From positions 1,408,001 through 1,472,000 of the forward strand of contig OZ254086.1 in assembly GCA_965267575.1 (NCBI GenBank): a DNA stretch of 64,000 nt, in the 5' to 3' direction. Both the position numbers and the translations under genes were made by a program. A model generated the notes under the pieces. It saw only the letters and a program-made list of their open reading frames with translations, was not told the DNA's origin and did not search any database. Below, one piece after another: positions 30,646 through 40,653 of the stretch. Source of the stretch: Calditrichales bacterium (lineage in GTDB: Bacteria > Calditrichota > Calditrichia > Calditrichales > J004). Within the stretch, counting starts at the first letter, position 1. The number at the start of each line of letters is the position of its first letter.

Positions 30646-31452
30646 TTACTCCGGTGCCAGGCCTTCTGCTTTGTTGGCCGATGTAACAATTCCCTGAATC
30701 AGCGCCGAGCTGAATCCGGCATGTTCCATCTTGTTAAGGCCGGCGATTGTGCAACCGAGCGGCGTCGTCACTTTGTCGATTTCAAATTCGGGGTGGCGCT
30801 TGTTTTTCAGCAGCAGCGTCGCGGCGCCTTTTGCTGTTTGTGCCGCCATGGAAAGCGCCTCTTCCGCATGAAAACCAATCTCAATACCACCTTGAGACGC
30901 GGCACGGATGGCGCGAAGGAAAAAGGCAATACCGCATGCCGCCAGGGCCGTAGCCGACGTCATCTGAGTTTCCTCAATAACCAGTGTGCTGCCCAGCATG
31001 TTAAATAGCTCTTTGGCTTTTTCCAATGCAGGATCCTTTCTATTCACGGCGCTCAGACAGGTCATCGATTCGCCCATGGCAATGGCCGTGTTTGGCATGG
31101 CACGTACGATTTGCAGGGGCTTTGCAACCTTTCCGGCGATATGCGCAACCGTAACAGCTGTAGCAACGGAAATAAGGATTTGTCTTTCATTCAGGTCGGC
31201 GCCGATTTCATCCAGCACCTTATCTACCTGATGCGGTTCCACGGCGAGTATAACGATGCCGCACTCCCGGACGGCTGTTTTGTTGTCGGCAGATACCCGG
31301 CAACCTTCATCCGCAAAGCCGCTGATAAGCTCTGCTCTGCGTCGCGTCAGATATAAATTGTCCGCCTTAACGGCCTTCCTTTCAAGAAAGCCGCGGGCTA
31401 ATGCCCCTCCGATATTGCCGGTGCCGATGATGGCGATTTTCTCGTTTAGCAT
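30646..31452 (-). CDS. proC: Pyrroline-5-carboxylate reductase
   Basis: IIGTGNIG, RAMPNTA, VTTP.GCTI.GL. Confidence 0.93.
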   Translation of the reverse strand: MLNEKIAIIGTGNIGGALARGFLERKAVKADNLYLTRRRAELISGFADEGCRVSADNKTAVRECGIVILAVEPHQVDKVLDEIGADLNERQILISVATAVTVAHIAGKVAKPLQIVRAMPNTAIAMGESMTCLSAVNRKDPALEKAKELFNMLGSTLVIEETQMTSATALAACGIAFFLRAIRAASQGGIEIGFHAEEALSMAAQTAKGAATLLLKNKRHPEFEIDKVTTPLGCTIAGLNKMEHAGFSSALIQGIVTSANKAEGLAPE

Positions 31453-31595
31453 AAGGGCTCCCCTGTTTACTGATGATTTAATTGAATAGCCAAAAGTAAG
31501 TAAAAAAGGGAAATGACTGAAAACTGTTTTGAGTGGTTGTTTGATTTAGGTGTGTGGAACGAAGCACCGGCAGACGAAAGGCTGATTGCGGATTG

Positions 31596-34562
31596 CTAAA
31601 CGGCCTGTTCCAGAAAAGGCTGGACCTTATTGATCAGGTCATGGGGTTTGTAGGGTTTTTGCAGAAAGCCGCACAGGCCATCGCCTTTAAAGCGCCTGGT
31701 AGCCTCCTGCTCGCTGTAGCCGCTGGAGAGGATCACTTTTACATCCTCACGTATGCGTTTCAGTTCCTGGAATGCTTCGCGGCCGTTGAGGTGTGGCATG
31801 GTCATATCCATCAAAACAAGGTGGATCTCCTCGTGATTTTCTTCAAAAACACGCACCGCGTCACGTCCGTCATCTGCTGTGATAACATTGAGGCCGGCGC
31901 CTTCCAGCGTTGTTTTGCCCAGCTGGCGTATGGCCTCATCATCATCCACAACCATCACGGTACCGCTTCCGCGCCAGTCCTTCATGGCGGCAGCGTCCCC
32001 GTTTTTGCTGTGCAGAAGGCTCTCCTGCTCGGTTTGCTCTTTTACCGGGAAAAGAATACGGAAGCGCGTGCCATTGTTCACAGAGGTTTCCAGATCGATG
32101 GCGCCACGATGGCTGCGCACGATACCCAGCACGGCGGCCAGGCCGAGACCACGGCCGGTGAACTTGGTCGTAAAAAAGGGATCAAAAATACGTTCTACCG
32201 TTTCCTGATCCATACCGCTGCCGTTGTCCTCAACCTCAAGATACATGTAGTGGCCTTCAGGGAGATTTTCTTCGTGCAGCGTAGTGTTGAGGTATTGGCG
32301 ATCGCAGAACATGGTTTTGGTGCGCACCGCAATACGGCCTCGGCGGTCACCAATGGCTTCGCTGGCATTGGTGATAAGGTTCATGATCACCTGCTGAATT
32401 TGCGCGGCATCCGCTTCGAGAGCCGGCAGCGATTCGTCAAAGTCATACTGCAGCTCAACCTTTTTGGATAATGATACCTCAAGCAAATGGGTCATGTCCT
32501 CAACCATATCATTGAGGTTGATTGCTTCGACGATAAACTGACCCTTGCCGGAGTAGGCCAGCAGTTGGCGGCATAGGTCGGCCGCCCGCGTTGAGGCCTT
32601 TTCGATATTGGCCAGATTTTTCCGCAACGATTTTCCCTCGTCCGGTATCTGCATAATGGCCAGTCCGCAATTACCCATAATCGCCGTTAACAGATTGTTG
32701 AAGTCGTGGGCGATGCCGCCTGCCAGAACACCAAGGCTTTCCAGCTTCTGCGAGTGGCGGATCTGCTCCTCAAGCTTACGGCGCTCCTTCTCCGCCAGTA
32801 TGCGCTCGGTAATATCCTTTGCTACGCCGACAAAGCGCAGCTCACCGCTGGAATTCTGGTTGCGCGAAACCGATGTGGCATGCCATGCGGGATGGCCGTT
32901 TTTGTGGTTGACTTTGTACTCCAGCCCGATCTCGTTTTCGCTGCCCTCCAGAACGCGCTTGAGGCTGGCACTCACTTTGTCGCGGTCTTCCGGAGCGACA
33001 ATCGTCATAAAAGGCTGATGCCGCAGCTCCTCCGTTTTGTAGCCGCTGGCCTGCTCAACGGCAGGCGACAGGTCCGCAAAAGTTGCTTCCGGCGAGAGTG
33101 AAAAAATAACATCCTGGGCATTTTCAAAAATAAAGCGCAGCCGGTCTTCGCTCTCCTGCAGGGCTTTCTCGGCGGTTTTTTTCTCCGAGATATCGCGCAC
33201 GATGCGCATAACGCGTTCTTCGCCGCATTCACTGATGCGCGCCTCAAAGTGGCGTATTTTACCGGTGACGTTAAGGCTGTATTCCATGGTGCAGGTTTCA
33301 CCGCTGGCAAGCGACCTGGCGAAAAGTGTTTTCATTTCGTCGGCCACGTCAGCCGGCAGCACATCGTCAACGGTTTTACCCAGAAAGCCGCTTTCCGGCG
33401 AAGCGGTATTTTTCTCGGCTGCCTGATAATCCAGGTACTTTCCGTCGCGGTTGTGCAGAAAGATCAGGTCGGGAATGGACATCAGCATCGCCTTGTTGCG
33501 CTCTTCGCTTTCCTTTAAGGCTGCTTCGGCTTTTTTGCGCTGATTGACCTCTACCAGAAGCTCCTTGTTTATTGTTGCCAGCTCCAGTGTGCGTTTGTTT
33601 ACACGTTTTTCAAGGTCGTTTTGGATATCCTTCAGCTCGCCTACCGCACGGCGACGCTCCTGGATGGCAACCGCCATGCTGTAACCAACCAATGCGGCAA
33701 TCCCAACAAAAAACTGTGTATGCGTAAGCGCCAGTTGCCTGTCCGGACGCATAAACGGCCCGTAGCCGGACATCGTAGCCAAAACGGCCATGGCGGCCAG
33801 GCCAACCACCGCGGCGGCCGTTTCGCGAGGCGTAAAACGGAAGCTTATCCAGAGCAGAACGATCATTGTCAGAAAGGGAAGAACAGATATAAACTCTTCG
33901 GCGATCATGGGGCCGAATATCAGGAAAATCAACGCGACCGTGAGCGTGAAGACGGAAATTACCTCAAGGAAACCGCCCAATGAAAAATCGAGCTTGCGGT
34001 TTTCGTAAAAGGCAAGCATAAAAGGCGTTATTACCCAAAGGCCAATGATATCTCCCAGCCACCAGGTAAGCCAGCCATTTAGAAAAAGATTACCTTCCAG
34101 CAGGCCGAAAACCAGAAATAAGGTTGCCCCGGGCAGCGAGGTTATAAAGCCAAGCGCCAGTGCCAGGCCAAAAAAGGTGAAGGTGTTTTTTACACTGCTT
34201 AGAAAACCCTTATCAATATTCAGCTGTTTGAGTACGGAGTAACCGATCCAGGCCTGGGCACTCGCAACAAGCGCATCGAACAAGGCAAACAGCACAATCG
34301 ATAAACTCCAGCCGTGGCGCCAGGGCAGCAGGCTGAAAGTAAGTATCAGGGATCCGAAAAAAATAGCCGGCAAAATGCGCTTGCCAAACAGAAGCATAGC
34401 GGCAAGCGCTAACCCTGCGGGCGGCCAAAACGGACTGATAAGAGTTGACGGCGTTGCCAGCAAAAAACCGGTCCACCCTGCGACCGGGAAACCGATGGTT
34501 ACCAGCAGAAAGGTGAGGATCTCTTTTTTATCAGGCGGCTTATCAAAAAAATGTATTGGCAT
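31596..34562 (-). CDS. Hybrid sensor kinase: MASE1-PAS-PAS-HisKA-HATPase-REC
   Basis: FWPPAG MASE1 TM region, AGGIAHDFNNLL, FDPFFTTK..GRGLGL, REC VDDD/DMTMP. Confidence 0.93.
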   Translation of the reverse strand: MPIHFFDKPPDKKEILTFLLVTIGFPVAGWTGFLLATPSTLISPFWPPAGLALAAMLLFGKRILPAIFFGSLILTFSLLPWRHGWSLSIVLFALFDALVASAQAWIGYSVLKQLNIDKGFLSSVKNTFTFFGLALALGFITSLPGATLFLVFGLLEGNLFLNGWLTWWLGDIIGLWVITPFMLAFYENRKLDFSLGGFLEVISVFTLTVALIFLIFGPMIAEEFISVLPFLTMIVLLWISFRFTPRETAAAVVGLAAMAVLATMSGYGPFMRPDRQLALTHTQFFVGIAALVGYSMAVAIQERRRAVGELKDIQNDLEKRVNKRTLELATINKELLVEVNQRKKAEAALKESEERNKAMLMSIPDLIFLHNRDGKYLDYQAAEKNTASPESGFLGKTVDDVLPADVADEMKTLFARSLASGETCTMEYSLNVTGKIRHFEARISECGEERVMRIVRDISEKKTAEKALQESEDRLRFIFENAQDVIFSLSPEATFADLSPAVEQASGYKTEELRHQPFMTIVAPEDRDKVSASLKRVLEGSENEIGLEYKVNHKNGHPAWHATSVSRNQNSSGELRFVGVAKDITERILAEKERRKLEEQIRHSQKLESLGVLAGGIAHDFNNLLTAIMGNCGLAIMQIPDEGKSLRKNLANIEKASTRAADLCRQLLAYSGKGQFIVEAINLNDMVEDMTHLLEVSLSKKVELQYDFDESLPALEADAAQIQQVIMNLITNASEAIGDRRGRIAVRTKTMFCDRQYLNTTLHEENLPEGHYMYLEVEDNGSGMDQETVERIFDPFFTTKFTGRGLGLAAVLGIVRSHRGAIDLETSVNNGTRFRILFPVKEQTEQESLLHSKNGDAAAMKDWRGSGTVMVVDDDEAIRQLGKTTLEGAGLNVITADDGRDAVRVFEENHEEIHLVLMDMTMPHLNGREAFQELKRIREDVKVILSSGYSEQEATRRFKGDGLCGFLQKPYKPHDLINKVQPFLEQAV

Positions 34563-34668
34563 TTTTGTTAGCTTGTACTTTTGCTAAGGCAATATTCGGC
34601 AGATATTTTTGTAGATTTACGCTTTCAGTTCAGAAAGATGGTAATAGGTCTGAAAAAATACGGGATGA

Positions 34669-35094
34669 GTGTGGATGGTTTACGTAATAGCACAGTTCTT
34701 TTTTCTGGGCATGCTGGCCTGGGTGGCGCCGCTGTGGCCGCTAAAAATCGTGCCCCTGGTTTTGTTAAGCCTGGGTATATTTACCGGGTTGTGGGCGATT
34801 ATAAGTATGGGCTGGCCGTTTAATGTGCGACCGCAAATCCATCCCTCGCGTGAGAAACTGGCAACGCATGGCCTCTACCGCTATGTACGCCACCCGATGT
34901 ATCTTTCGGTTTTGACGGTCGGCGCGGGTCTGTTGCTGCAACGTGTTAATCTGTGGAGCCTGATCGCATTTGCGGGTCTTGTTGTTGCGCTGCTTCTGAA
35001 GTTACACTTTGAGGAAAAGCATTTGCAGCAAAAATTCCCGCAATATGAAGAATACATAAAAAAAAGCAAAAAGCTAATACCGTTTATTTATTGA
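34669..35094 (+). CDS. Isoprenylcysteine carboxylmethyltransferase/PEMT family membrane protein
   Basis: L.THGLYRYVRHPMY, EE..L...FPQY.EY. Confidence 0.85.
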   Translation: MWMVYVIAQFFFLGMLAWVAPLWPLKIVPLVLLSLGIFTGLWAIISMGWPFNVRPQIHPSREKLATHGLYRYVRHPMYLSVLTVGAGLLLQRVNLWSLIAFAGLVVALLLKLHFEEKHLQQKFPQYEEYIKKSKKLIPFIY

Positions 35095-35561
35095 TCGTTC
35101 CATTCGCGGTAGGGGTATTTTGCCAGCCAGGCATTGTAATAGCGTTTGTCGCCTGTTACTTCTTTGCCCAGCCAGGGCGGTTTGGCAAACTGTTCATCCG
35201 CGTTGTCAAGCTCAATTTCAGCAAGAACAAGTCCGCGGTTTTCGCCTTCAAAGACATCCACTTCCCAGGTTTTTTCCCCGAATTCAATTTTATAGCGCCA
35301 TTTTTCTACCACATTACCGCAATAACGCTCCAACATATATTGGGCTTCCTGCAGCGGGATCTCGTATTCAAATTCATCCCTGGTTAGATTTTCAGCAGGA
35401 CCCTTTATGGTCAGAAAACCCTTGTCGCCGGCGATGCGCAGCCGAACCGTGGTTTTACTGTCTGAGGTTGAAATGTAACCCTGGCGAAAGGGAATTCCTT
35501 TTTCCGATTGTAGCCAGGATGTGTCTGTTATGAGAAATTTGCGCTCGGTTTCTTTTGCCAT
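35088..35561 (-). CDS. CYTH domain protein
   Basis: ETERKF, QGY, RLR, LTIKG, EFEY, WEVD.F, AEIEL. Confidence 0.92.
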   Translation of the reverse strand: MAKETERKFLITDTSWLQSEKGIPFRQGYISTSDSKTTVRLRIAGDKGFLTIKGPAENLTRDEFEYEIPLQEAQYMLERYCGNVVEKWRYKIEFGEKTWEVDVFEGENRGLVLAEIELDNADEQFAKPPWLGKEVTGDKRYYNAWLAKYPYREWNDQ

Positions 35562-35567
35562 AATAAG

Positions 35568-35594
35568 AAAAAAGCCCGCCGGGCAGCGGGCTTT
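35568..35594 (-). terminator. Intrinsic terminator after the OMP-lipoprotein pair
   Basis: AAAGCCCGC-N6-GCGGGCTTT hairpin with a T tail on the minus strand. Confidence 0.75.
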
Positions 35595-35602
35595 CGTTTG
35601 GA

Positions 35603-35980
35603 TTATTTTCTGTTAAGTGTCAGCGTTTCCTGCTCTGTGTTGAAAAGCAGCTGGTTTTCTTCCGGCTGTTCTACAAAATAACTGACAACACGGTCATTGT
35701 AGGCAATATCGATTTTCTGGTTATCGGTTATATTCCAGTAGGCTGCTGTCACATTTTCGCCTTCACGGATTTTCAGCGTTCCGTCTTCGGCGAAGGTCCA
35801 GGTAATGTCCCCATTGGTCCAGCTATCGATCAGCTCTACGGATTCCCAGTAATTGTAGCTTCCGTAATAGCTGCCACCAAAACCGGAAGGACTATCGCCG
35901 GCAAAACGGCCGCACTGACATTGGCCCAAAAACAGGGAAGCTACGGCAAGGACTGCGATAATTATTTTGGTCTTTTTCAT
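35603..35980 (-). CDS. Hypothetical exported/lipoprotein (lipocalin-like)
   Basis: Signal peptide, CQCG, LIDSW...WTFAEDGTL; ATGA overlap with the upstream gene. Confidence 0.7.
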   Translation of the reverse strand: MKKTKIIIAVLAVASLFLGQCQCGRFAGDSPSGFGGSYYGSYNYWESVELIDSWTNGDITWTFAEDGTLKIREGENVTAAYWNITDNQKIDIAYNDRVVSYFVEQPEENQLLFNTEQETLTLNRK

Positions 35981-37128
35981 TCTTCACCTCCAAAATTATA
36001 AGTGAGGGAAAGTTGAGTGGCCAGCCTTTCACCCGTATTGCTTATGATTGCGGGTCCGTCAAACAGGATGCCTTCATTAAAAGCGAAGTCCAGGTCAAAA
36101 GCACCAAAGTTCATGGCCAAACCAAGGGAAAGACGGAACTGTGATCCGTCGGTCGTTGATTCGCTGGTTTCCCCACCTTCCGGTTTAGATTCGGTTGTTG
36201 TTTGTACGTTTTCCTGTGCGGCTCCAACACGCCCGGTAAGCCAGCTTGAAATCCGTGATTCTACTCCAACAAAAATTGCCGGTAAGCGTAGGGTCGTTGT
36301 GGTCGTTTCGCCAACATCTTTTGTATCGGCGGTAAGACTGCTGTAGGTAATACCCTCTATACCCACCACAATCAGATTATTTTCACTAATCTCTTTGGAG
36401 ACACCAACGCCCGCCGAGACAGACAAATTGCTGAAATCAACCTCGGTGCCATTGGAAAGCGAACTGCTGCTAAAAACCACGCGACCAACAGGGAAAATAT
36501 TATAGCCGTTTCTTTTCATTAAATGCATACGTCCGTTTGCGTTCAGGCCAAAACCGCTGAATTCCGTGGTTGCATCTCCGACTTTTCTCTCGATGGCGGG
36601 CAGTTCTACCATCAAGCCGAGATCCATCATATTATTTGATAAGCCCGCTAAAACCGAAAGATAGCGAGATGTTTCCTCTACCTTACCGGCACCACTGCCC
36701 GTTTCCGTACCAGACATGGCGCCCATAAAACCAAAGCCAAGATTCATACCACCAAAATTAGCGGCGTACATTAAAGCGTAAGTATTATCAAGCGTGGATG
36801 TAAGCCCGGCGATACTTGCTTCTCCAATTGCAACAAGCGGAGAGGTAATAGGCATATTAATGTACAAGGCAGATGCCGTATTTTGATCATAGCCCATATG
36901 CACGCCAACCGAATAGCTGGGCTGCGTTTTGCGGGCACGCATTTCGGCAACAACCAAATCCTGGTAGTCGGCCAGAGTTGCCGGAAATAAAAAGACGTTG
37001 GCCTGGTCCTCGAGGAAAATACCGGAGCCGCCCATCGTAGCGATGCGCGTTTCACTCGCGAAAACGTTTGTGGCCAGGAAGGTAACAAGAAGGGCAAATA
37101 ACGTGCGCTTCGTAAACGAATTCTTCAT
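35977..37128 (-). CDS. Putative outer-membrane beta-barrel protein
   Basis: Signal peptide, amphipathic strands, C-terminal LSLTYNF; ATG at 37128 after AGGAG. Confidence 0.75.
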   Translation of the reverse strand: MKNSFTKRTLFALLVTFLATNVFASETRIATMGGSGIFLEDQANVFLFPATLADYQDLVVAEMRARKTQPSYSVGVHMGYDQNTASALYINMPITSPLVAIGEASIAGLTSTLDNTYALMYAANFGGMNLGFGFMGAMSGTETGSGAGKVEETSRYLSVLAGLSNNMMDLGLMVELPAIERKVGDATTEFSGFGLNANGRMHLMKRNGYNIFPVGRVVFSSSSLSNGTEVDFSNLSVSAGVGVSKEISENNLIVVGIEGITYSSLTADTKDVGETTTTTLRLPAIFVGVESRISSWLTGRVGAAQENVQTTTESKPEGGETSESTTDGSQFRLSLGLAMNFGAFDLDFAFNEGILFDGPAIISNTGERLATQLSLTYNFGGEE

Positions 37129-37295
37129 AGTCGATCTCCTGATAGGTGTTGGTTGGAATCCGTTCTGTGAAGATACATCCGTATAAGAAAATATAGCTGA
37201 CTGCACCTCCTTCTTTTAGTGACACTTTCGTTCGAGAAAGAAATTGGGATTAAAAATAGCCTTACGATGCCCTTTTGTAAAGAATTAATTTCAAT

Positions 37296-38531
37296 TTATG
37301 ATTGTGGTGTAAACTGAATGCGATTCATATCCTGGCCGGAGGGTTGCTGGTAAATGTGCAGATCAAACTCCGGTACCACGGCCAAAATGTGGTCGAAAAT
37401 GTCGGCTTGTATGGCTTCGTATTCAACCCAGGCCGTAGTGTTGGTAAACATATATATCTCAAGCGGCAAACCCGTCGCGCCGGGGGCAAGCTGGCGCACC
37501 ATGCAGGTCAGGTCCTGGCGGATGCGCGGATGGTTCTTGATGTATATCTCCACATATTTACGGAACGTACCGATATTGGTAAGCCGCCGGCGGTTTACGA
37601 TCTCGGTGTCATCAATGTTATGTTTCGCATTATGCTCGGAAAGTTCTTTTCTTTTTTCGGATAAATAATCGCGTATCAGGCGGATCTTTTCAAAGCGTTG
37701 CAGAAGAGCTTCGTCGCAAAAGCGAATGCTGTTCAGGTCAATGAAAAGGGAGCGCTTGATGCGCCGTCCGCCGGCCATGGTCATACCGCGCCAGTTCTTA
37801 AAACCTTCTTCAACCAGTTTATATGTCGGGATTACACTGATCGTCTTATCCCAGTTTTGCACCTGTACGGTATGCAGGGCAATGTCAATCACGTCGCCAT
37901 CCGCGCCGTATTTGGGCATTTCGATCCAGTCGCCTACGTGCACGAGATCGTTGCTGGCAATCTGGATGCTGGCAACAAAACTGAGGATCGTGTCGCGGAA
38001 AATAAGCAGGAGAACCGCCGTAAGCGCGCCCAAACCACCGAGCAATGCCCAGGGCGACTTTCCTGTTAAAGAGGCTAACACAAAGATAAAGGCAATCAGA
38101 TATACAAACAGATTGACTATTTGCACATAGCCCTTGATCGGACGCTGCTTTGCGATATCCAAAGTGGAATAATAATTACTGAAGCCGCTGGTGAGTGCCG
38201 TAATGGAGCGGGCGATTATAAACACGATTACGATCTCGCCCACGGCATGAATGATGCCCTGGTAGCTTTTGAACAGAAGCAGCGCGTTATATATGATAAG
38301 TACGGGGATCAGCAGGCTGAGCTTGTCAAAAACACGGCTTTCCAGAATATAGTCGTCAAAACGGACGCGGCTGCGGCGGATCAGGCTTTCCGCCAGCTTA
38401 AGGATAACCCTCTTAAGAAGAAGATGGATGATAAAACCGATAAGAAATATTAAACCGACAAGCACGGCATTACGCCATGGCCCCAGACCTTCCAGCCATT
38501 GCTGCGCATTTTGAAAGATGTATTCAAACAT
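37296..38531 (-). CDS. MscS family mechanosensitive channel (YbdG/MscM-like)
   Basis: GDWIEMPKYGADG.V, VQNWDKT, FKNWRGM...GGRRIKR. Confidence 0.92.
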   Translation of the reverse strand: MFEYIFQNAQQWLEGLGPWRNAVLVGLIFLIGFIIHLLLKRVILKLAESLIRRSRVRFDDYILESRVFDKLSLLIPVLIIYNALLLFKSYQGIIHAVGEIVIVFIIARSITALTSGFSNYYSTLDIAKQRPIKGYVQIVNLFVYLIAFIFVLASLTGKSPWALLGGLGALTAVLLLIFRDTILSFVASIQIASNDLVHVGDWIEMPKYGADGDVIDIALHTVQVQNWDKTISVIPTYKLVEEGFKNWRGMTMAGGRRIKRSLFIDLNSIRFCDEALLQRFEKIRLIRDYLSEKRKELSEHNAKHNIDDTEIVNRRRLTNIGTFRKYVEIYIKNHPRIRQDLTCMVRQLAPGATGLPLEIYMFTNTTAWVEYEAIQADIFDHILAVVPEFDLHIYQQPSGQDMNRIQFTPQS

Positions 38532-39184
38532 TAGGCGTTCTCCCGGTTCTGCAGCAGAATGTTTTCCTTAATGGATTTACCGTCGCTGACAAATTCCCTT
38601 ACGCTGCCGTGCATAATATCCAGGCTGCCGTCGCTGTTATAGCAGACAAAGCTGTTCTTACTCAGCCCCCAGGCCGCGGCATGATCACCGCTGGCCAGCA
38701 GCGTTTTCTTAAGGCCGGACCAGTGACTTTTGTCCGCATGCACGTCAATAAAAAAGGGGATCAGACCTATGCAGGGCGCGATGGCGCTTTCGTTCCAATA
38801 GCCTTTGCCCAGATGAATGGCGCCGGCGGACACCCCCGCCAGCATGCAGCCGTCAACAAAGCGCTCGCGGATAGTCTCAATAAACCCGCCGCTTAATAAA
38901 GCGCTTATTCCCATTATCACATCCCCGCCGGACAACAGGACAAAATCGGCCTGTTTTAAAAAATGCCACTCTTCGTCGCTCGGGCGGGCATGGACGTGGA
39001 CACATTGTTCAATTCCCAGATTGTTCATGGCGCCGCGAAAAAGCTCATAAAATTCCGGCTGGTCGCCATTGGCGGCGCCGATATAGGCAGCGCGGCTTTT
39101 GCCTTTCAGGACGTCGCGTATTTCATCGGAAAAAAGCGGGCGGCTGTCTGCCAGAAGCAAAATGGCTTGCGTTTTAGCGGCCAT
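38531..39184 (-). CDS. Peptidase E / S51 (class I GATase-like) family protein
   Basis: LSGGD and the GVSAGA nucleophile elbow; the start at 39184 overlaps the end of lgt. Confidence 0.75.
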   Translation of the reverse strand: MAAKTQAILLLADSRPLFSDEIRDVLKGKSRAAYIGAANGDQPEFYELFRGAMNNLGIEQCVHVHARPSDEEWHFLKQADFVLLSGGDVIMGISALLSGGFIETIRERFVDGCMLAGVSAGAIHLGKGYWNESAIAPCIGLIPFFIDVHADKSHWSGLKKTLLASGDHAAAWGLSKNSFVCYNSDGSLDIMHGSVREFVSDGKSIKENILLQNRENA

Positions 39185-40010
39185 GTTTCTTTTTCTTTTG
39201 CTGTTTGGATTGCTTTGCTTTTGGTTCGGGCTTTGGCGGCAGCGGGCGGTTTTTTGCAGACAGGAAAAAATATAGACCGACAAGCACCAGCGGGATGCTC
39301 AGCATCTGGCCCATGTTCAGGGCCATGGTGGCTTCAAAAGCTTCCTGGTTTTCTTTGAAGTTTTCCACGAAAATGCGGAAGCCGAAAACGAGAATTAAAA
39401 ACAGACCAAAGAGCGAACCCGGAGCGGTCCTTTCTTTCCTTTGGGTATATAAAAAGTAAAGAAAAACAAAAATGATCAGATAGGCGCCGGCCTCATAAAG
39501 TTGCGCAGGATGGCGCGGTATCATATCCACGCGCGTAAATGTGAAGGCCCACGGCACATCGCTGGGTTTGCCGATAATCTCGGAGTTGAACAGGTTGCCA
39601 AGCCGGATAAAACTTCCGGCAAGCGCGACCGGGATTACGACGCGGTCCAGCAGCCATAGAAAATTAAAGTGCGGCCTGCGCTTGACAAAAAGGTAGAGGG
39701 CTATAATGATTCCGGCGGCTCCGCCATGGCTGGCAAGACCACCTTCCCAAACTTTGAATATTTCTAAGGGATTGCTGAAATAGTGCCCCGGATTGTAAAA
39801 CAGAACATGGCCCAGGCGCGCGCCCACAACGGTTCCGATCAGCACATAAACAAGCAGGTCATCCACTTCAAGAGGATCATGGTTTTCCCACTTGAAAAAA
39901 CGCTTCATGAGAAACAGGCCCAGCAGAAACGAAACAAGAAAAAGAAGACTGTAGTAGCGGATCGAAATAAAACCGAAAGAAAATATTTCCGGGTCAACGG
40001 ACCAGGTCAT
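39174..40010 (-). CDS. lgt: Prolipoprotein diacylglyceryl transferase
   Basis: GARLGHVLFY, GGLASHGG, RLGNLFNSEIIG, RHPAQLYE. Confidence 0.96.
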   Translation of the reverse strand: MTWSVDPEIFSFGFISIRYYSLLFLVSFLLGLFLMKRFFKWENHDPLEVDDLLVYVLIGTVVGARLGHVLFYNPGHYFSNPLEIFKVWEGGLASHGGAAGIIIALYLFVKRRPHFNFLWLLDRVVIPVALAGSFIRLGNLFNSEIIGKPSDVPWAFTFTRVDMIPRHPAQLYEAGAYLIIFVFLYFLYTQRKERTAPGSLFGLFLILVFGFRIFVENFKENQEAFEATMALNMGQMLSIPLVLVGLYFFLSAKNRPLPPKPEPKAKQSKQQKKKKHGR

Positions 40011-40074
40011 GGACTACCTTTCTTTATAGTTAACAGGAAATTTCTGCTTTTAAACCACACGATGCAAGTGGCAA

Positions 40075-40653
40075 TCAGCTCGTTTCGATGACCCGGCGGA
40101 TGGTGTCGCGCAAACGCGGAAGCAATTCGTCCTCGAACCAGGGATGACGCTTAAACCAGGCCTGGTTGCGTGGAGAAGGGTGCGGCAAAGGCCACGTTTC
40201 AGGAGCAAACTCCTGCCAGCATTCCACGTTACGGGTAAGATTGCCCCGGTGGTTTTGAGCGAGATAGTAGCTGTGCGCGTATTGTCCGCAAAGCAGCGTC
40301 GCGGAAATATTTTTCAAGGCGGGAATAAGACGATCAAAAAATAACAGGCTGCATTCTTTGCGCGGCGGCAGGTCTCCGCTTTTGCTTTTGCCGGGGTAGC
40401 AGAAACCCATCGGGACCAGCGCAAAAAGGGCGGGATCGTAAAACTGCTCTTTGCTGACATTAAGCCAGCGCCGTAGCCGGTCTCCACTTGGGTCGTTCCA
40501 AGGGATGCCGGTTTGGTGAGCGGCGCGTCCCGGTGCCTGCCCGGCAATCAGGATTTTTGATTGGGATGATGCCTGAAGCAACGGAGCCGGCCCCAAAGGT
40601 AGCTGATCCGCGCAATATGTGCAGGAACGAATTTCCCGAAGCAGCGAATCCAT
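40075..40653 (-). CDS. Uracil-DNA glycosylase superfamily protein
   Basis: GQAPG, PWNDPSGDRLR.WL, FCYPG, LPHPSPRN. Confidence 0.9.
   Translation of the reverse strand: MDSLLREIRSCTYCADQLPLGPAPLLQASSQSKILIAGQAPGRAAHQTGIPWNDPSGDRLRRWLNVSKEQFYDPALFALVPMGFCYPGKSKSGDLPPRKECSLLFFDRLIPALKNISATLLCGQYAHSYYLAQNHRGNLTRNVECWQEFAPETWPLPHPSPRNQAWFKRHPWFEDELLPRLRDTIRRVIETS

Noticed and set aside
31554-32471. 305-aa plus-strand ORF
   Set aside because: It is antisense to the hybrid kinase.
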